In this document: piece after piece, positions 30,687-45,642 of the stretch
Layout of the letters: the number at the start of each line of letters is the position of its first letter
Position numbering within the stretch: position 1 is the first letter of the stretch
Assembly: GCA_034521815.1 (NCBI GenBank)
Contig: JAXHLW010000013.1
Location: 96,001-160,000, forward strand
Origin: Trueperaceae bacterium
GTDB taxonomy: Bacteria; Deinococcota; Deinococci; Deinococcales; Trueperaceae
Direction of reading: 5' to 3'
Length of the DNA: 64,000 nt
Notes under the pieces: generated by a model
Databases searched by the model: none
Seen by the model: the letters and a program-made list of their open reading frames with translations, nothing else
Told to the model about the DNA's origin: nothing
Position numbers and translations under genes: made by a program

Positions 30687-32150
30687 TCAGTCGCCGAGCG
30701 TCGTCCCGTGCTCGGCGCGGCGTGCGATCTTGCGGGCCATGCTGGGGAAGACGAGCGCGTGCAGCGGCGTCACCGCGGTCCAGTACAGAAAGCCCGCGAG
30801 CCCCTTCGGCTCGAAGAACGCGGTCTGGCGTAGCTCGGTCGCCCCGTCCGCGAGCGGTGCGAGGTCGAAGCGCAGCCACGCCCGGCCAGGGAGCTTCATC
30901 TCGGCGCGCAGCTGCAGCAGACGTCCCGGCTCGACCGCCTCGACCCGCCAGAAGTCCACGACGTCGCCGGGCAGGAGCTCGTCGGGATCGCGGCGGCCGC
31001 GCCGCATCCCGATCCCACCGACCAGCCTGTCCATCACGCCCCGCAGCTCCCAAAGCCAATCGAACGCGTACCAGCCTTCGTCGCCGCCCAGACGCGAGAT
31101 CTCCCGGTAGCACCGGTCCGGGTCGGCCTCGATGCGCACCACGCGACGATCGACGCGCATCCCCTCCTCGTCCGTCCACTTGTCGCTCGGCGGGCTGCCG
31201 CGAGGTACCGCCGAGACCGCGTCGCTCCACAGCGTGAGGACGGCGCCCTGGTCGGTGCGATCGAGGGCCAGCTCGACCGCCGAGCGGTAGTCCAGCGGCT
31301 CGACCCGGTAGCGCTTGGCCGGCTCGGGATCGCGCACGATCACTTCGGAGGTGAGACCGTCGACGAGCGGCCGGGCGATGCTGGCCGGGATCGGCGTGAC
31401 CAGGTTGATCCAGTAGCTCGACAGCCTCGGGCTGAGCACCGGCGTGGAAACGAACCAGCGACGCAAGCCGCGGGCCTCGGCGTACTGCGCCATCATCGAG
31501 CGGTAGTCGAGCACGTCCGGACCGCCGATCTCGACGATCTCGTGTCCCTGGGCGGGATGGGCGACGGCGCGGCGTAGGTACGTCAGCACGTCACGCACGG
31601 CGATGGGCTGCACCTTCGTGCCGACCCACCTCGGCGTGACCATGACGGGGAGGCGCTCGGTGAGGTAGCGGATCATCTCGAACGACACCGATCCGCTCCC
31701 CACGATGATGGCCGCCCGGAACTCGGTGACGGGGACGCCCGATTCGGCCAGGACGCGTCCGGTCTCCTGGCGCGAGGCGAGGTGCCTGCTCATCCCCTTG
31801 TCGGGATCGCCCAGCCCGCCGACGTAGACGATGTGGCGAACGCCCGCTCGGGACGCCTCGCCGGCGACGTTCGCCGCAGCGTTGCGGTCGCGGTCCTCGA
31901 ACCCCTCCTCGCGGGCGCCCATCGAGTGGATCAGGTAGTACGCCGTATCGCAGTCGTCGAAGGCGCCCGACAGGCTGCCTCGGTCGAGAGCGTCGCCCTC
32001 GACGACCTCGACGCGGTCGCTCCACGGCCGTGACGCCAGGCGCTCCGCGTCGCGCACCAGGCAGCGCACCTCGTGGCCATCGTCCAAAAGGAGAGGGACG
32101 AGCCGTCCCCCCAGGTACCCGGTCGCGCCGGTGATCAGGATGCGTGCCAC
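30687..32150 (-). CDS. NAD(P)-binding SDR/epimerase fused to a DUF2867/SRPBCC-like domain
   Basis: TGATGYLG, AYYLIHSM, FRAAIIVGSGS; C-terminal GGDEGWY...DFWRVE...AEMKLPG.AWL...PKGLAG..YW. Confidence 0.85.
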   Translation of the reverse strand: MARILITGATGYLGGRLVPLLLDDGHEVRCLVRDAERLASRPWSDRVEVVEGDALDRGSLSGAFDDCDTAYYLIHSMGAREEGFEDRDRNAAANVAGEASRAGVRHIVYVGGLGDPDKGMSRHLASRQETGRVLAESGVPVTEFRAAIIVGSGSVSFEMIRYLTERLPVMVTPRWVGTKVQPIAVRDVLTYLRRAVAHPAQGHEIVEIGGPDVLDYRSMMAQYAEARGLRRWFVSTPVLSPRLSSYWINLVTPIPASIARPLVDGLTSEVIVRDPEPAKRYRVEPLDYRSAVELALDRTDQGAVLTLWSDAVSAVPRGSPPSDKWTDEEGMRVDRRVVRIEADPDRCYREISRLGGDEGWYAFDWLWELRGVMDRLVGGIGMRRGRRDPDELLPGDVVDFWRVEAVEPGRLLQLRAEMKLPGRAWLRFDLAPLADGATELRQTAFFEPKGLAGFLYWTAVTPLHALVFPSMARKIARRAEHGTTLGD

Positions 32151-32189
32151 GACTGCATCGTGCCAGAGCTCGGCCGTCGCGACAGGGGT

Positions 32190-32636
32190 TCAGCGCGACA
32201 TCACCGGCCGCCTCAGCCGTGCGGCGTGCCACGCGTCGAACAGGAGCAGGAACCCGCCTTGCACGATCACGCCCACGCCGTGTCCCGCTCGCACAGGACC
32301 GGCGTCGAACCCGAGCAACGCCGCTCCGATCGCCAGGTAGACGACGTCCAAGCCGACGTTGACGAGAAGAAGCCGATGCAGACGCTGGCGGCGGTGCTCG
32401 CTGCCGATCGGGTCGCGATCGAGCCCGGAGCGGGCGGCGCGGCGGCGGTCACGCCAGCCGGCGGCCGCGATCGCGCCGTCGATCGCTCCCCAGACGAGGA
32501 ACTGCACGCCGACGCCACGCCAGAACGGGGTGCCGCCGACGGCGAGGAGCGCGCCGGTCGCCAGCGACATCGCCGCCCAGCCGGCGAGCTGCCGGTGGAC
32601 GTCGTTCACCCGGCGCCAGAAGCGGTCGATCGTCAT
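32190..32636 (-). CDS. Hypothetical membrane protein (about 4 TM)
   Basis: GVQFLVWGAIDGAIA, LLVNVGLDVVY, GVIVQGGFLLLFD. Confidence 0.75.
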   Translation of the reverse strand: MTIDRFWRRVNDVHRQLAGWAAMSLATGALLAVGGTPFWRGVGVQFLVWGAIDGAIAAAGWRDRRRAARSGLDRDPIGSEHRRQRLHRLLLVNVGLDVVYLAIGAALLGFDAGPVRAGHGVGVIVQGGFLLLFDAWHAARLRRPVMSR

Positions 32637-32660
32637 CCCGTTCAAGGGCGCCTCGGCATC

Positions 32661-33675
32661 TCAGAAGTAGCTCGTGATCATTAGCGTCGCGCCGGCCGCC
32701 GTGACGCCGTCGGCGTGCCGAAAAGCGGGCCGCACGGTCGCCGTCGCCTCGGGTCGGTCGATCGTCCAGGCGACGGCCGCGTCGAGGACGGCGGCCCTCT
32801 TGTCCGCTGCGCGAGAGGAAACGGGCCAGGCTGCGCCGACGCCGACGTCGAGCGAGCCGTCGCGACCGACCGGCACGCTTCCGCTGGCGCGGATCGCGGG
32901 CCGGGCCGGGCGCCTCAACGCACCGTCCTCGGGCGCCCACGCACCCTCGACCGTCCAGAGAACCTCGCCGGCGTAGCCGCTGGCGCCGACGCCGCCACGT
33001 CCGTCCCACGGATCGGCAAGCAGCCATGCCTCGCCGAAGACGACCAGCGACGAGACGGTGCCCGAGGCGGTGAGTCCCACGCCAGGCCGTTCGGTCGCGA
33101 ACGCGTGCGCCTCCACGGTCGCGGCGTCGGCGTCCAGACGGACCGAGGCGACGCCGCCCCAGCGATCGGGCACGAGGTCGTCGCCGGTGGGCGCCGCGAC
33201 GCCCAGCCGTACCCGCCAGGGGTGGAGGAACGCCGTCGCGCGTGCGCCCACCAGGCCACGTGGCTCCCCGCCCTCCATCCGGGCGTCCAGCGCCACGACC
33301 GGCGCCAAGCGCATCTCACCGAGCGGCCAGCGCTCGAGCCCGGCGCTGACGTCCAGGTCGCGCACGCGGACGCGCAGGAGCGCTTCCTGCAGCCCGTGCC
33401 GGAGGAGGGGATCGCCCTCGCCGAAGCCGGCGCCCAGGGCGGGCAGCGCGACCGCCTGGAGCGTGACGTCCGACGCGAGCGGCACGTCGAGCTCCAATCG
33501 AGCGCGGATGCGCAGCGGAACGCGCGTCTGCGTGCCCAGCTCGGTCGCGACGCGCTGGACGCCGGTGTCGACGCCGACCTCGCCGTGAAGCGAGGCGGGC
33601 GAGGGCTGCGCGACGGCGGGCTGCGCGACGGCGAGCGACCCATACGTGCGAGCAGGATCGCGATCGCGGGGCCGG

Positions 33676-33679
<4 letters not shown>
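32661..33679 (-). CDS. Putative outer-membrane beta-barrel protein; apparent frameshift in the signal peptide (~33640)
   Basis: GTG 33679 overlaps the ATPase [14 protein letters not shown] then, after a frame change, GSLAVA-Q. Amphipathic beta strands and a C-terminal YF. Confidence 0.6.
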
Positions 33680-34368
<689 letters not shown>

Positions 34369-34376
34369 GATCCTCC

Positions 34377-35606
34377 TCAGGCCTGGAAGCGCATCGCCTC
34401 GACCGGTTCGAGGCGCGAGGCGAGCCACGCCGGCCACAGGGCGGCGGCGAGGGCGGTGACGACGGCGAACAGGATCGCGAACGCGACCTGGGCCGGCTCG
34501 ACCGAGACGTAGAAGACCGGGTCCAGTCCGAACGACGCGTAGTACGCCTCGAGGCCGGGGACCACCAGGCCGTCGCGGTACGCGGCGACGAAGACCAGAC
34601 CGCCGGCGGTCCCGACGACGGCGCCCATCAGGCAGAGCAGCACGCTCTCGGTCGCGATCATGCCGAGCACGCGCCGGTCGCCCGCCCCGAGGGCGTGGAT
34701 CACGCCGAACTCGCGGATCCGCTCCATCACGCTCAGATAGACGGTGTTCAGCACCAGCAGACCGGCGAGCACGAAGAACATCACCGACACGACGTACATC
34801 ATCGGGTCGAGCGAGTCGAGAAGGACCGACATCGAGGGCTCGACCTCGAGCCAGGTGAGCGACTCGAGCTCGGGAAGAGCTTCGCTCAGGGCGGCGGCGA
34901 GGGCGGCGGCGACGGTGTCGTCCTCGATCCGTACGAGCGACGTGCCGTGGATCTCGAAGCGCTGCACCGCGTCCGGTGCGGCCAGCGCCTGCGCCTCCTC
35001 CAGGGTCGTCCAGGCCGTGGCGATCTCTGCGCTGGGGTCGGCCAGGTCGGCGATTCCCACCAGCGCGTAGGCCGCGGCCCCGAAGCCTCGGCCCCCAGGG
35101 GCGTAGACGAACACGTCGTCGCCCAGGCCCACGTCCAGCGCACGGGCGAGCGAGGCGCCCAGAACGATCTCGCCGGGGTTCTCGAGGAAGCGCCCTTCGA
35201 GCTCGCTGCCGCCCAGCCGCCGCTCGCGCACGGCGGTGGGCCAGTCCTGGCCGTGGACGGGGACGGCGCGCGAGCGCACGTCGCCCGACAGCAGCGCCGG
35301 GACGTCCAGCACGCCGACGACCTCCGGAGCCGCGAGACGCTCCGAGGCGATGCGCTGGACGGTGGCTCGGACCTCGGCGGCGTCGTCGATCAGGGTGTCG
35401 TCCAGCGAGGCGGCGTCGCGCCAGCCGGGCGTGCGGACCTGGACGTGACCGCCGGTCTCGGTGAGGCGCTGGTACATGCTGTTCTCCATGGCGCCGCCCA
35501 GCCCGAAGTACATGACGCTGAACAGCACCACCAGCGCGACGGCGCCCGCGGTCACCAGGCTGCGCCTGCGCTGCCGCCAGAGGTTGCGCCAGGCGAGCGC
35601 GGTCAC
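34377..35606 (-). CDS. ABC permease, LolE/FtsX/MacB family
   Basis: LAWRNLWRQRRRS, GHVQV, SVMERIREFG..ALG, ASRLEPVEAMR. Confidence 0.9.
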   Translation of the reverse strand: MTALAWRNLWRQRRRSLVTAGAVALVVLFSVMYFGLGGAMENSMYQRLTETGGHVQVRTPGWRDAASLDDTLIDDAAEVRATVQRIASERLAAPEVVGVLDVPALLSGDVRSRAVPVHGQDWPTAVRERRLGGSELEGRFLENPGEIVLGASLARALDVGLGDDVFVYAPGGRGFGAAAYALVGIADLADPSAEIATAWTTLEEAQALAAPDAVQRFEIHGTSLVRIEDDTVAAALAAALSEALPELESLTWLEVEPSMSVLLDSLDPMMYVVSVMFFVLAGLLVLNTVYLSVMERIREFGVIHALGAGDRRVLGMIATESVLLCLMGAVVGTAGGLVFVAAYRDGLVVPGLEAYYASFGLDPVFYVSVEPAQVAFAILFAVVTALAAALWPAWLASRLEPVEAMRFQA

Positions 35607-36420
35607 CAGTCGCACCCCCGCTCGAGCGCCTGCTGCGTGAAGCAGCGGTCGGGCGGCTCGACGCCGAACTCGACGTCGGTCCACTCGGCGATGGTGCGTC
35701 CGCCGTCCGCGGTGAGGTCGACCACCTCGAAGCGCGTCGGCACGCGCGCGCCGCTCGCGAGCTCGTGGACCTCGCTGAAGGTCAGCCGCTTCACGGCCTC
35801 GCCGCGCTGATCGACGTATTCGAGCTCGAGGGGCGCGAGGTCGGGAAGCGAGGCGGTGAAGCGGAGCTCGCCGTACGGCGTGGGCGCGGTCGGATGCGGG
35901 GTCAGCGACAGAGTGACGGTGTCTTCGTCGCGCTCGGCGACGTCGGCGTCGTAGTCGTCACGGACCTCGTCGCCTGCCATGTCGTCGTAGGAGAGGTCGC
36001 TGCCCAGGAAGCCGTCGCTTCGGCCGGAGGGCGGCAGCCGAAGGGAGCGCCCCAGTCTGGGCGAGTAGACGAACAGCTCGTCGCCGTCGACCAGGAACGC
36101 CTGGCCGGCGTCGCGCGGCGGCCAGGCGACGCGGGTGAGCGATCGCTCGGTGCCGTCGGAGATCACCTCGAGGCGGTACTCGCGGACGTCGCCGTCGCGC
36201 TCGACGCGCATCGTCAGGATGGCGCGCTGGCCGCCGCCGCGGAGGTTCTCGACCATGCGGTCGAGGATGGCGTCGGCGTCGGTGGGAACCTCGTCGCGCG
36301 CCTCGCCGGCGCCCTGGGCGAGAACGGTGCCGGCGAGCGCCAACAGCGCGGCGGCAAGCGCGGACAGCAGGATCCGCGATCACGGACGCTGCGGGAGTGA
36401 CGGTCGGCGTGGAAGGTCAT
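35603..36420 (-). CDS. Outer-membrane lipoprotein-sorting (LolA-like) protein; apparent frameshift near the 5' end (~36375)
   Basis: PPRDAGQAFL, LPPSGRSDGFLGSDLSYDD, final FT...LER. ATG 36420 with GAGG RBS is out of frame with signal peptide RILLSALAAALLALAGTVLA-Q. Confidence 0.8.
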
Positions 36421-36429
36421 GCGTGCCTC

Positions 36430-37686
36430 TCAATCGGCCGCGCGCATCGCGTCGGCGGGAACCAGCGTATGAACGCGCCTGGCGGGCGTGAGGATCGCAC
36501 CGAGCGCGGCGAGCACGACGGTCCCGCCCGCGTACGCGAGGTACTCGAGGCGGACGTCGGTTCGGATGTCGGCGCGGAGGGCCAGGCTGGTGAACAGGTC
36601 GCCCCAGAGGTTGGTGAAGAACGGGCCGAGCACGTTCACCTCGGCCATCCAGAACAGCAGGGCGTAGCCGATCGCGACGCCGACGGCGTAGCCGAGCAGG
36701 CTGGCGATCACGGCCTCGAGGGTGACCATCGTGGCGAGGCGCCGGTGGCTCATGCCGAGCGCCAGCATCACGCCGAATTCGCGCGTGCGCTCCATGACCG
36801 AGACGACCACGCTGGAGGTCACCGCGACCGCGGCGAACAGCGAGAACACCAGGCCCATCACGGCGGTACCGACCCGCTCGGTGGCCAGACCGCTCGCGAG
36901 CTCGCCCATCTGCTCCTCGACGGGGTAGGCGCGGACGCCTCCTGGAAGGCCGTCCTGAAGCGCGCGCGCAACGGCCCCCTCGCGCCCCACCGGAACGGCC
37001 AGCGCGAGACTGGTGGCCGTGTCGATCCCCGCCAGCGCACGAGCGTCGTCGATGTGCGCGAGGGCGGTGGTCTCGTCGACCAGCTCGACGCCGGACGTCA
37101 CCAGGCCGACGACGCGAAGCCCCAGCGCGGAGGGGCCCGCGACGCTGGCGGCGTCGACGGCGAGGCGCTCGCCGACGCGCACGTCGAGCCGCTCGGCGAG
37201 CGCCTCGCCGAGGACGAGCTCCCCGGTCGTCGCCACCATGCGTCCCTCGCCGATGGCGCCCGGCACGTCGCTGACCCGCGCCTCGGCGTCCGGCTCGACC
37301 CCGCGCAGCTGCACGCCGGTACTGGTGTAGGGCGAGCGCAGCAGGGCCGGTACGTCCACGCGGGCGGCGACGCCCGCGACCGCGGCGAGCGAGCGGGCGC
37401 TGGCCTTCAGGGGCCCTAGCTCGGGAAGGGCGTGCACGGGATCGGGGTCGGCGTGGTAGGCGGTCGTGGCGATCTGGACCGGGGCGCCCAGGAGGCGCGC
37501 CTGGCTCTGGTAGATCGAGGTCAGGAAGCCGTCCGTCATGCCCCAGAAGAACAGCAGCGAGACCGTGGCATACGCGACCACCAAGATCAGCAGAGCGGTG
37601 CGGCGGCGCTGCCGCCAAAGCGAGCGCCACGCCAGGCGGATCATTCCGGGCAGGCCACGCTCGGCGCGGCGCGGGCCGGTGCTCAT
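36430..37686 (-). CDS. ABC permease, LolE/FtsX/MacB family
   Basis: LAWRSLWRQRRR, SVMERTREFGVMLALG, PADAMR. Confidence 0.9.
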   Translation of the reverse strand: MSTGPRRAERGLPGMIRLAWRSLWRQRRRTALLILVVAYATVSLLFFWGMTDGFLTSIYQSQARLLGAPVQIATTAYHADPDPVHALPELGPLKASARSLAAVAGVAARVDVPALLRSPYTSTGVQLRGVEPDAEARVSDVPGAIGEGRMVATTGELVLGEALAERLDVRVGERLAVDAASVAGPSALGLRVVGLVTSGVELVDETTALAHIDDARALAGIDTATSLALAVPVGREGAVARALQDGLPGGVRAYPVEEQMGELASGLATERVGTAVMGLVFSLFAAVAVTSSVVVSVMERTREFGVMLALGMSHRRLATMVTLEAVIASLLGYAVGVAIGYALLFWMAEVNVLGPFFTNLWGDLFTSLALRADIRTDVRLEYLAYAGGTVVLAALGAILTPARRVHTLVPADAMRAAD

Positions 37687-38192
37687 CGCGTCCTCCGTGC
37701 GCTACGCCGGGTGAGCCTGTACTCGCTCCAGCGCTCGAGGACGGCGTCCATCTCGCGCTCCCAGAAGTCGAGGAACTCCAGCGTGTCCTCGATGCCGCGG
37801 CGGGCTTCCTCCGGCTCGTCCTGCATCAGCTCGGCGCCACGCTCCGCCAGAGAGCGAACGGCCCGCATCGAGGCGGCCTCGCTGCGCATCGCCTGGTACC
37901 AGGCGTCGGGCGTGTTGCGGTAGTACGTCTTCCGGTCGCCGGGCTTGCGCACACGCTGAATCAGACCGGGGGCCTCCAGCAGCCGGGTCATGGTGCTGAT
38001 CGAGCCGCGGCTGGCCCTGAGCGTGGCCGCCAGCTCGGCGGCGGACTGCTCCGGAGGGGTGGCGACGAGCAGGGCCGCGAGGATGCGGCCGGCCATGTTG
38101 GGCATGCCGAAGCCGGTGAGGATCTGTCCCATCTCCTCGATGAAGGTGGTCTTGGCGTCGTCGCGGGGCGCGGTGTCGCGAGGTGGGCTCAC
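37683..38192 (-). CDS. GbsR/MarR-family transcriptional regulator
   Basis: GGAGG then GTG 38192. FIEEMG....GMP.MAGRI, ELAATL.ASRGSIST..RLL, PGDRKTYY. Confidence 0.85.
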   Translation of the reverse strand: MSPPRDTAPRDDAKTTFIEEMGQILTGFGMPNMAGRILAALLVATPPEQSAAELAATLRASRGSISTMTRLLEAPGLIQRVRKPGDRKTYYRNTPDAWYQAMRSEAASMRAVRSLAERGAELMQDEPEEARRGIEDTLEFLDFWEREMDAVLERWSEYRLTRRSARRTR

Positions 38193-38223
38193 GCGGACCT
38201 CCGATCGCACGAATCGTACGGGA

Positions 38224-38257
38224 TTCGGAACGTTTAGTCAAGACTGAAACCTCTGAC
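38224..38257. promoter_or_regulatory. Imperfect palindrome, candidate operator of the GbsR/MarR regulator
   Basis: TTCGGAACGTTTAGTC-AA-GACTGAAACCTCTGAC (10 of 16 positions complementary), AT-rich, ~30 bp upstream of the regulator. Confidence 0.45.
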
Positions 38258-38407
38258 ATTCCCGCGACCGCGAGCGACGCTTCGCCGACCGCGGACCTCG
38301 CGGACGCACGCCAGAGGCCGCTCCGAGGCCGGCGCGACGGGTCCGGCACGCCGGGGCCGTGCGCGGGCCACAGGGCACCGGCCGCCGAGAGCGGTACAGT
38401 GCAGGCG

Positions 38408-41005
38408 ATGAGTGACCTTCAACCCGACCGCCTCCAGCGTTTCTTCCACGATCATCCGGAAAAGCCCTGGCACGTCCAGGACGTCCAGAAGGAGTTGGGC
38501 GTCGACGACCGAGCGGAGCTGAAACGCGCCCTCGACGCACTGGTCGAGGCCGGCGACCTGATCCGCACCCGGCGACGCTCCTACGGCCTGCCGCAGGAGA
38601 TGAACCTGATCCCGGGCAAGCTGCAGGTCGCCTCGGGCGGCTACGGCTTCGTGATCCGCGAATCGGGCGAGGGCAAGGACCTGTTCGTCCCCGCCGACAA
38701 GCTGATGGGCGCTTGGGACGGCGATCGCGTGCTGGCGCGACCGAACCCGCTCAAGAGCGACGACGGCAAGCCCGCGGGCGAGATCGTCCGTATCGTCGAG
38801 CGCAGCAACCGGCGCATCGTCGGAACGCTCGAGTACGCGCGCGGCTATGCGATCCTCCGCCCCGACAGCCCGAGGCTGCGCGAGCGCATCCTGCTGACGC
38901 CCGACACGGTCGGGCGGCTGGACGCGGGCCTGCGCATCGTCGTGTCGATGATCTGGCCGGAGGAGAGCGGCGAGCGCGATCCGTTCGGCGAGGTCGAGGA
39001 GGTCCTCGGCGAGCAGGACGATCCAGAGGTCGAGACCCGCGCCGTCATCGTGAACTACGGCCTGAAGGACGCCTACGACGAGGACACCCTGGCCGAGGCC
39101 GCCGCGGTGCCCGACTCGGTGACGGGCGAGATGATGACGGGACGGACCGACCACCGATCGGTCCCCACCTTCACGATCGACGGCGCCGACGCGAAGGACT
39201 TCGACGACGCGCTGAGCGTGGAGCGCCTGTCCACCGAGAAGTCCGGCGGACGCGGCATGCTCCGCGTCGGCGTGCACATCGCCGACGTCAGCTACTACGT
39301 CGCCGAGGGCACCAGCCTGGACGCCGAGGCTCGCGAGCGGGCCACCACCTGCTACCTCCCGGGCGCCGTGCTTCCCATGCTGCCCGAACAGCTCAGCAAC
39401 GGCATCTGCAGCCTGGTCGAGGGCGAGCCGCGCCTGGCGCTGTCCGTCTTCGTCGACGTCACCCGCGAGGGCGAGGTCAAGGCCGTCAAGTTCAAGGAGA
39501 CGGTGATCGAGTCCGACGCCCGCCTGACGTACGAGCACGTCCAGGCGTACGCCGACGGCGACCGTCTCCCGCACGGCAAGCGCAAGCTCGAGCGCGACAT
39601 CAAGGTGCTCCTCAACCTGGCCCAGAAGCTGCGAGAGGCGCGCATCGGAGCGGGCGCGCTGGACTTCAACTTCACCGAAGCCAAGGTCGACGTCGACGAA
39701 GAAGGGGCGCTGCACCTGCAGCCGATCCGCTCCAACGCGGCGCGGCAGCTGATCGAGGAGATGATGCTCCTCGCCAACCGGGTCGTGGCCGAGGAGCTCG
39801 AGAAGCGCGACGTTCCCGCCCTCTACCGCGTGCACGAAGACCCGTCGGAGCAGAAGATCGAATCGCTCCAGAAGGCGCTGGCCCGGCTGGGGTACACGCT
39901 GGACATCGCGCATGCGACGCCGAAGGACCTGCAGGCGATCCTCAAGGCCGCCGCCGGCAAGCCCGAGTCGCAGCTCGTCAACACGCTGCTGCTGCGCAGC
40001 CTGAAGCAGGCGCGCTACGCCAGCGAGAACCTCGGCCACTTCGGGCTGGCGTTCGAGAACTACCTGCACTTCACCAGCCCCATCCGTCGCTACCCCGACC
40101 TGGTCGTGCATCGCGTGCTCCGGGCCATGCTGCAGCACCGCCTCAGCCCGACGCTGAAGGAGCGACTGAAGAGCGACTTTCCCGACCTGGCGCAGCACGC
40201 CAGCGAGCGTGAGCGTCAGGCGGAACGGGCCGAGCGCGACCTGGCCCGCTACTACCACGCACGTTGGGCGAAGGACCAGATCGGCGAGTCGTTCCACGGC
40301 ACCATCAGCGGCGTCACGAACTTCGGCGTGTTCGTCAGCCTGCCCAACGGCATCGAAGGCCTGATGCACGTCTCCCACCTCGAGGACGACTACTACATGT
40401 TCCTCGAGGACTCGATGATGCTGATGGGCAAGTCGTCGCGCAAGAAGTACCGCATGGGGGACCGCGTCGACGTCCGGATCTTCCAGGCGAATCCGACGGC
40501 GCGGCAGATCGACCTGATTCCCGCCTCGATGCCGATGCCGGAGGTCGTCCCGGAGGAGGCCCCGAAGCGCAGCAAGGCGCCCAAGCGCATCAAGACGCCG
40601 GTCGGCGGCGCCCAGGATGCGCCCGCCCTGGTCGAGGCGCCGCCCGCCCGCGCCGGACGCAAGGGGAAGTCCGGCGACGCGGCCCCGGCGAAGGCCAAGG
40701 CCAAGGGAGCCGAGAAGCGACCGACGAAGAAGGCGGCTGCGAAGAAGGGCGCTTCCGAGGCGACCGATGCCGCAGCGTCCGGCGCCGCCGCTCCCGAGAC
40801 CGCCGCGCCCAAGGCCGCCGCGCCCAAGACCGCCGATGCCAAGGCTCCCGCCTCCAGCCGGCGCCGCCGTGGAGGACGGAAGCCCGCGAGCGAGCCGGCA
40901 CCCGCCGCCGCCGAGAGCGAGCCTGCCGCCGCGCAAGGCCGCCCCGCGACGCCCGGCAAGCGCAGGCGCCGCCTCGTGTTCGGCGACACGAAGAGCGGGT
41001 CGTGA
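38408..41005 (+). CDS. rnr: Ribonuclease R
   Basis: CSD GYGFV, RNB motifs TIDGADAKDFDDA, VHIADVS, HFTSPIRRYPDL, S1 domain, Lys/Ala-rich tail. Confidence 0.96.
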   Translation: MSDLQPDRLQRFFHDHPEKPWHVQDVQKELGVDDRAELKRALDALVEAGDLIRTRRRSYGLPQEMNLIPGKLQVASGGYGFVIRESGEGKDLFVPADKLMGAWDGDRVLARPNPLKSDDGKPAGEIVRIVERSNRRIVGTLEYARGYAILRPDSPRLRERILLTPDTVGRLDAGLRIVVSMIWPEESGERDPFGEVEEVLGEQDDPEVETRAVIVNYGLKDAYDEDTLAEAAAVPDSVTGEMMTGRTDHRSVPTFTIDGADAKDFDDALSVERLSTEKSGGRGMLRVGVHIADVSYYVAEGTSLDAEARERATTCYLPGAVLPMLPEQLSNGICSLVEGEPRLALSVFVDVTREGEVKAVKFKETVIESDARLTYEHVQAYADGDRLPHGKRKLERDIKVLLNLAQKLREARIGAGALDFNFTEAKVDVDEEGALHLQPIRSNAARQLIEEMMLLANRVVAEELEKRDVPALYRVHEDPSEQKIESLQKALARLGYTLDIAHATPKDLQAILKAAAGKPESQLVNTLLLRSLKQARYASENLGHFGLAFENYLHFTSPIRRYPDLVVHRVLRAMLQHRLSPTLKERLKSDFPDLAQHASERERQAERAERDLARYYHARWAKDQIGESFHGTISGVTNFGVFVSLPNGIEGLMHVSHLEDDYYMFLEDSMMLMGKSSRKKYRMGDRVDVRIFQANPTARQIDLIPASMPMPEVVPEEAPKRSKAPKRIKTPVGGAQDAPALVEAPPARAGRKGKSGDAAPAKAKAKGAEKRPTKKAAAKKGASEATDAAASGAAAPETAAPKAAAPKTADAKAPASSRRRRGGRKPASEPAPAAAESEPAAAQGRPATPGKRRRRLVFGDTKSGS

Positions 41006-41009
41006 CGTC

Positions 41010-42502
41010 ATGACCGAGCGGCCGGGTCCTGCCCCGAGCGAGGTGCGTCTCGCGCTCACGCGCGTGTGCCTCCGCACGGGCAGCGTGCTGTTGCCGGCAC
41101 GGGCCCGCGGAGCGCTCCCCGCCGACGGTCGGATCGAAGCGTACGACCCCGACGGGCAAGAGGCGTGGGACCTGGAGATCGAAGCGGGTCGCCTGAACGG
41201 GCTTGGAGCGTTCCTCGAACGGCACGGCCTGGCCGTGAACGACGAGGTGGTGCTGCGCGCCCGGCCGGACGGCCATGTCGTGGTCTCGGCGCGCCCACGC
41301 GCCCGCTCCGCTTCGCGCGACGCCCACGCGGTGCGGCGCGCCGTCGAGTCGCTGCTCGCCGGTGGCGCGCCACGGACCACCGACGAGCTTCGCGAGGATC
41401 ACGGTCTGGCCGACGACGCGCCGCTCGAGGTCGCGCTGAGTCGCGAGCCGCTGCTCGAGCGTCGCTACGGCCGCTGGAGCCTGGTCGGGGCGGGAGAGAG
41501 CGGGAGCCCGCTGGGCTCGTCGTACGGACGCACCGACACCTCCCGAGCGCACCCGGATCCGTCGCCGTCCGGTCGGTCGCCGTCCGGTCAGGCGCCGTCG
41601 GATCAGGCGCCGACCTCGCCCGGCGCGCCTGCGACCGGGGCCGACGCCCCGCACGGAAGCGATCACCCCACGGACCTGGACCTGCCGACCGAGAGCGCTT
41701 CTCCAGAAGCGCTGGCGAGCGCTCGCGACCTGTTCGCGGCGTTGGGCTACCGGGTCGCGTCGGAAGGAGGGGGCACGCTCCGTCTCGAGGCGCGCCTGGG
41801 GCGGACGCGGACGCGCATCCTGGCGCGCGTTCTGGACGCGGGCGCCCGGCCCGACTGGAGCGCGCTGCTGCAAGCCGTGCGCGGCGAGGGCGCCGACCGG
41901 CTGGCGTTGGTCGGCGACGTGCGCGACCTGACGCGACTGGAGCGACCCGCCCGCGGAGCACGGGCGACGCTGTGGAGCTGGGACGGGCTCCGGCGCGTCC
42001 GCGATCTGGCGCGAACCGTTCCGATCGGACCGACCGACCTCGCTCCCTGCTTCGACGAAGGGGGCCTCCACGCCGCCGGCCTGGAGCGCTTCGAAGCGCG
42101 GATCGATCAGCGCCTCGCCGAGCAGGGCGTCTTCGCGGCCGTGGCCGAGCGCCTCGCCGAGCTGCGGGCGCCGATCGTGTTCACCGTCGACGACCTCGTG
42201 ACGGACGCGTCGCTCTCGCGCGAGGCGATCGTCGCCGAGCTCGATCGCATGGCCGCTCCGCCGCTGCAGTGGACGGAGCGGCGCGGACCGGGCGAGTTCG
42301 CGCTGAGGCAGAACGTCGCGGACGGTCTCGTGCGGCTCGAGACGTTCGCCCGTTCTCTGCGCCAGCGGCTTCCCGACCCGACGAGGCCGCGCGTGCGTGG
42401 CGCCGACGGGCCCGGGCACGACGAGCTTCTCGGTGCCGAAGACCTCGTCGCCAGCGGAGCCGAGCACGACGACGGCCTCACCGAGGACGAGGGCGGCGCG
42501 CG

Positions 42503-42506
<4 letters not shown>
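41010..42506 (+). CDS. Hypothetical multidomain protein (possible B3-like barrel, wHTH and REase-like fold)
   Basis: ATG 4 nt after the rnr stop; coding-like codon bias. Domain guesses are by eye. Confidence 0.7.
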
Positions 42507-45604
<3,098 letters not shown>

Positions 45605-45642
45605 GAGCCGACCCCCGATTCTCGACCGAGGAGCATAGCACG

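Noticed and set aside
29138..31237. 699-aa fusion ORF containing the polyprenyl synthase
   Set aside because: Artefact of an upstream open shadow frame plus the frameshift at ~30446; the true gene is 29708-30656.
40560..41005. Separate histone-like protein at the end of rnr
   Set aside because: It is the in-frame Lys/Ala-rich C-terminal tail typical of RNase R.
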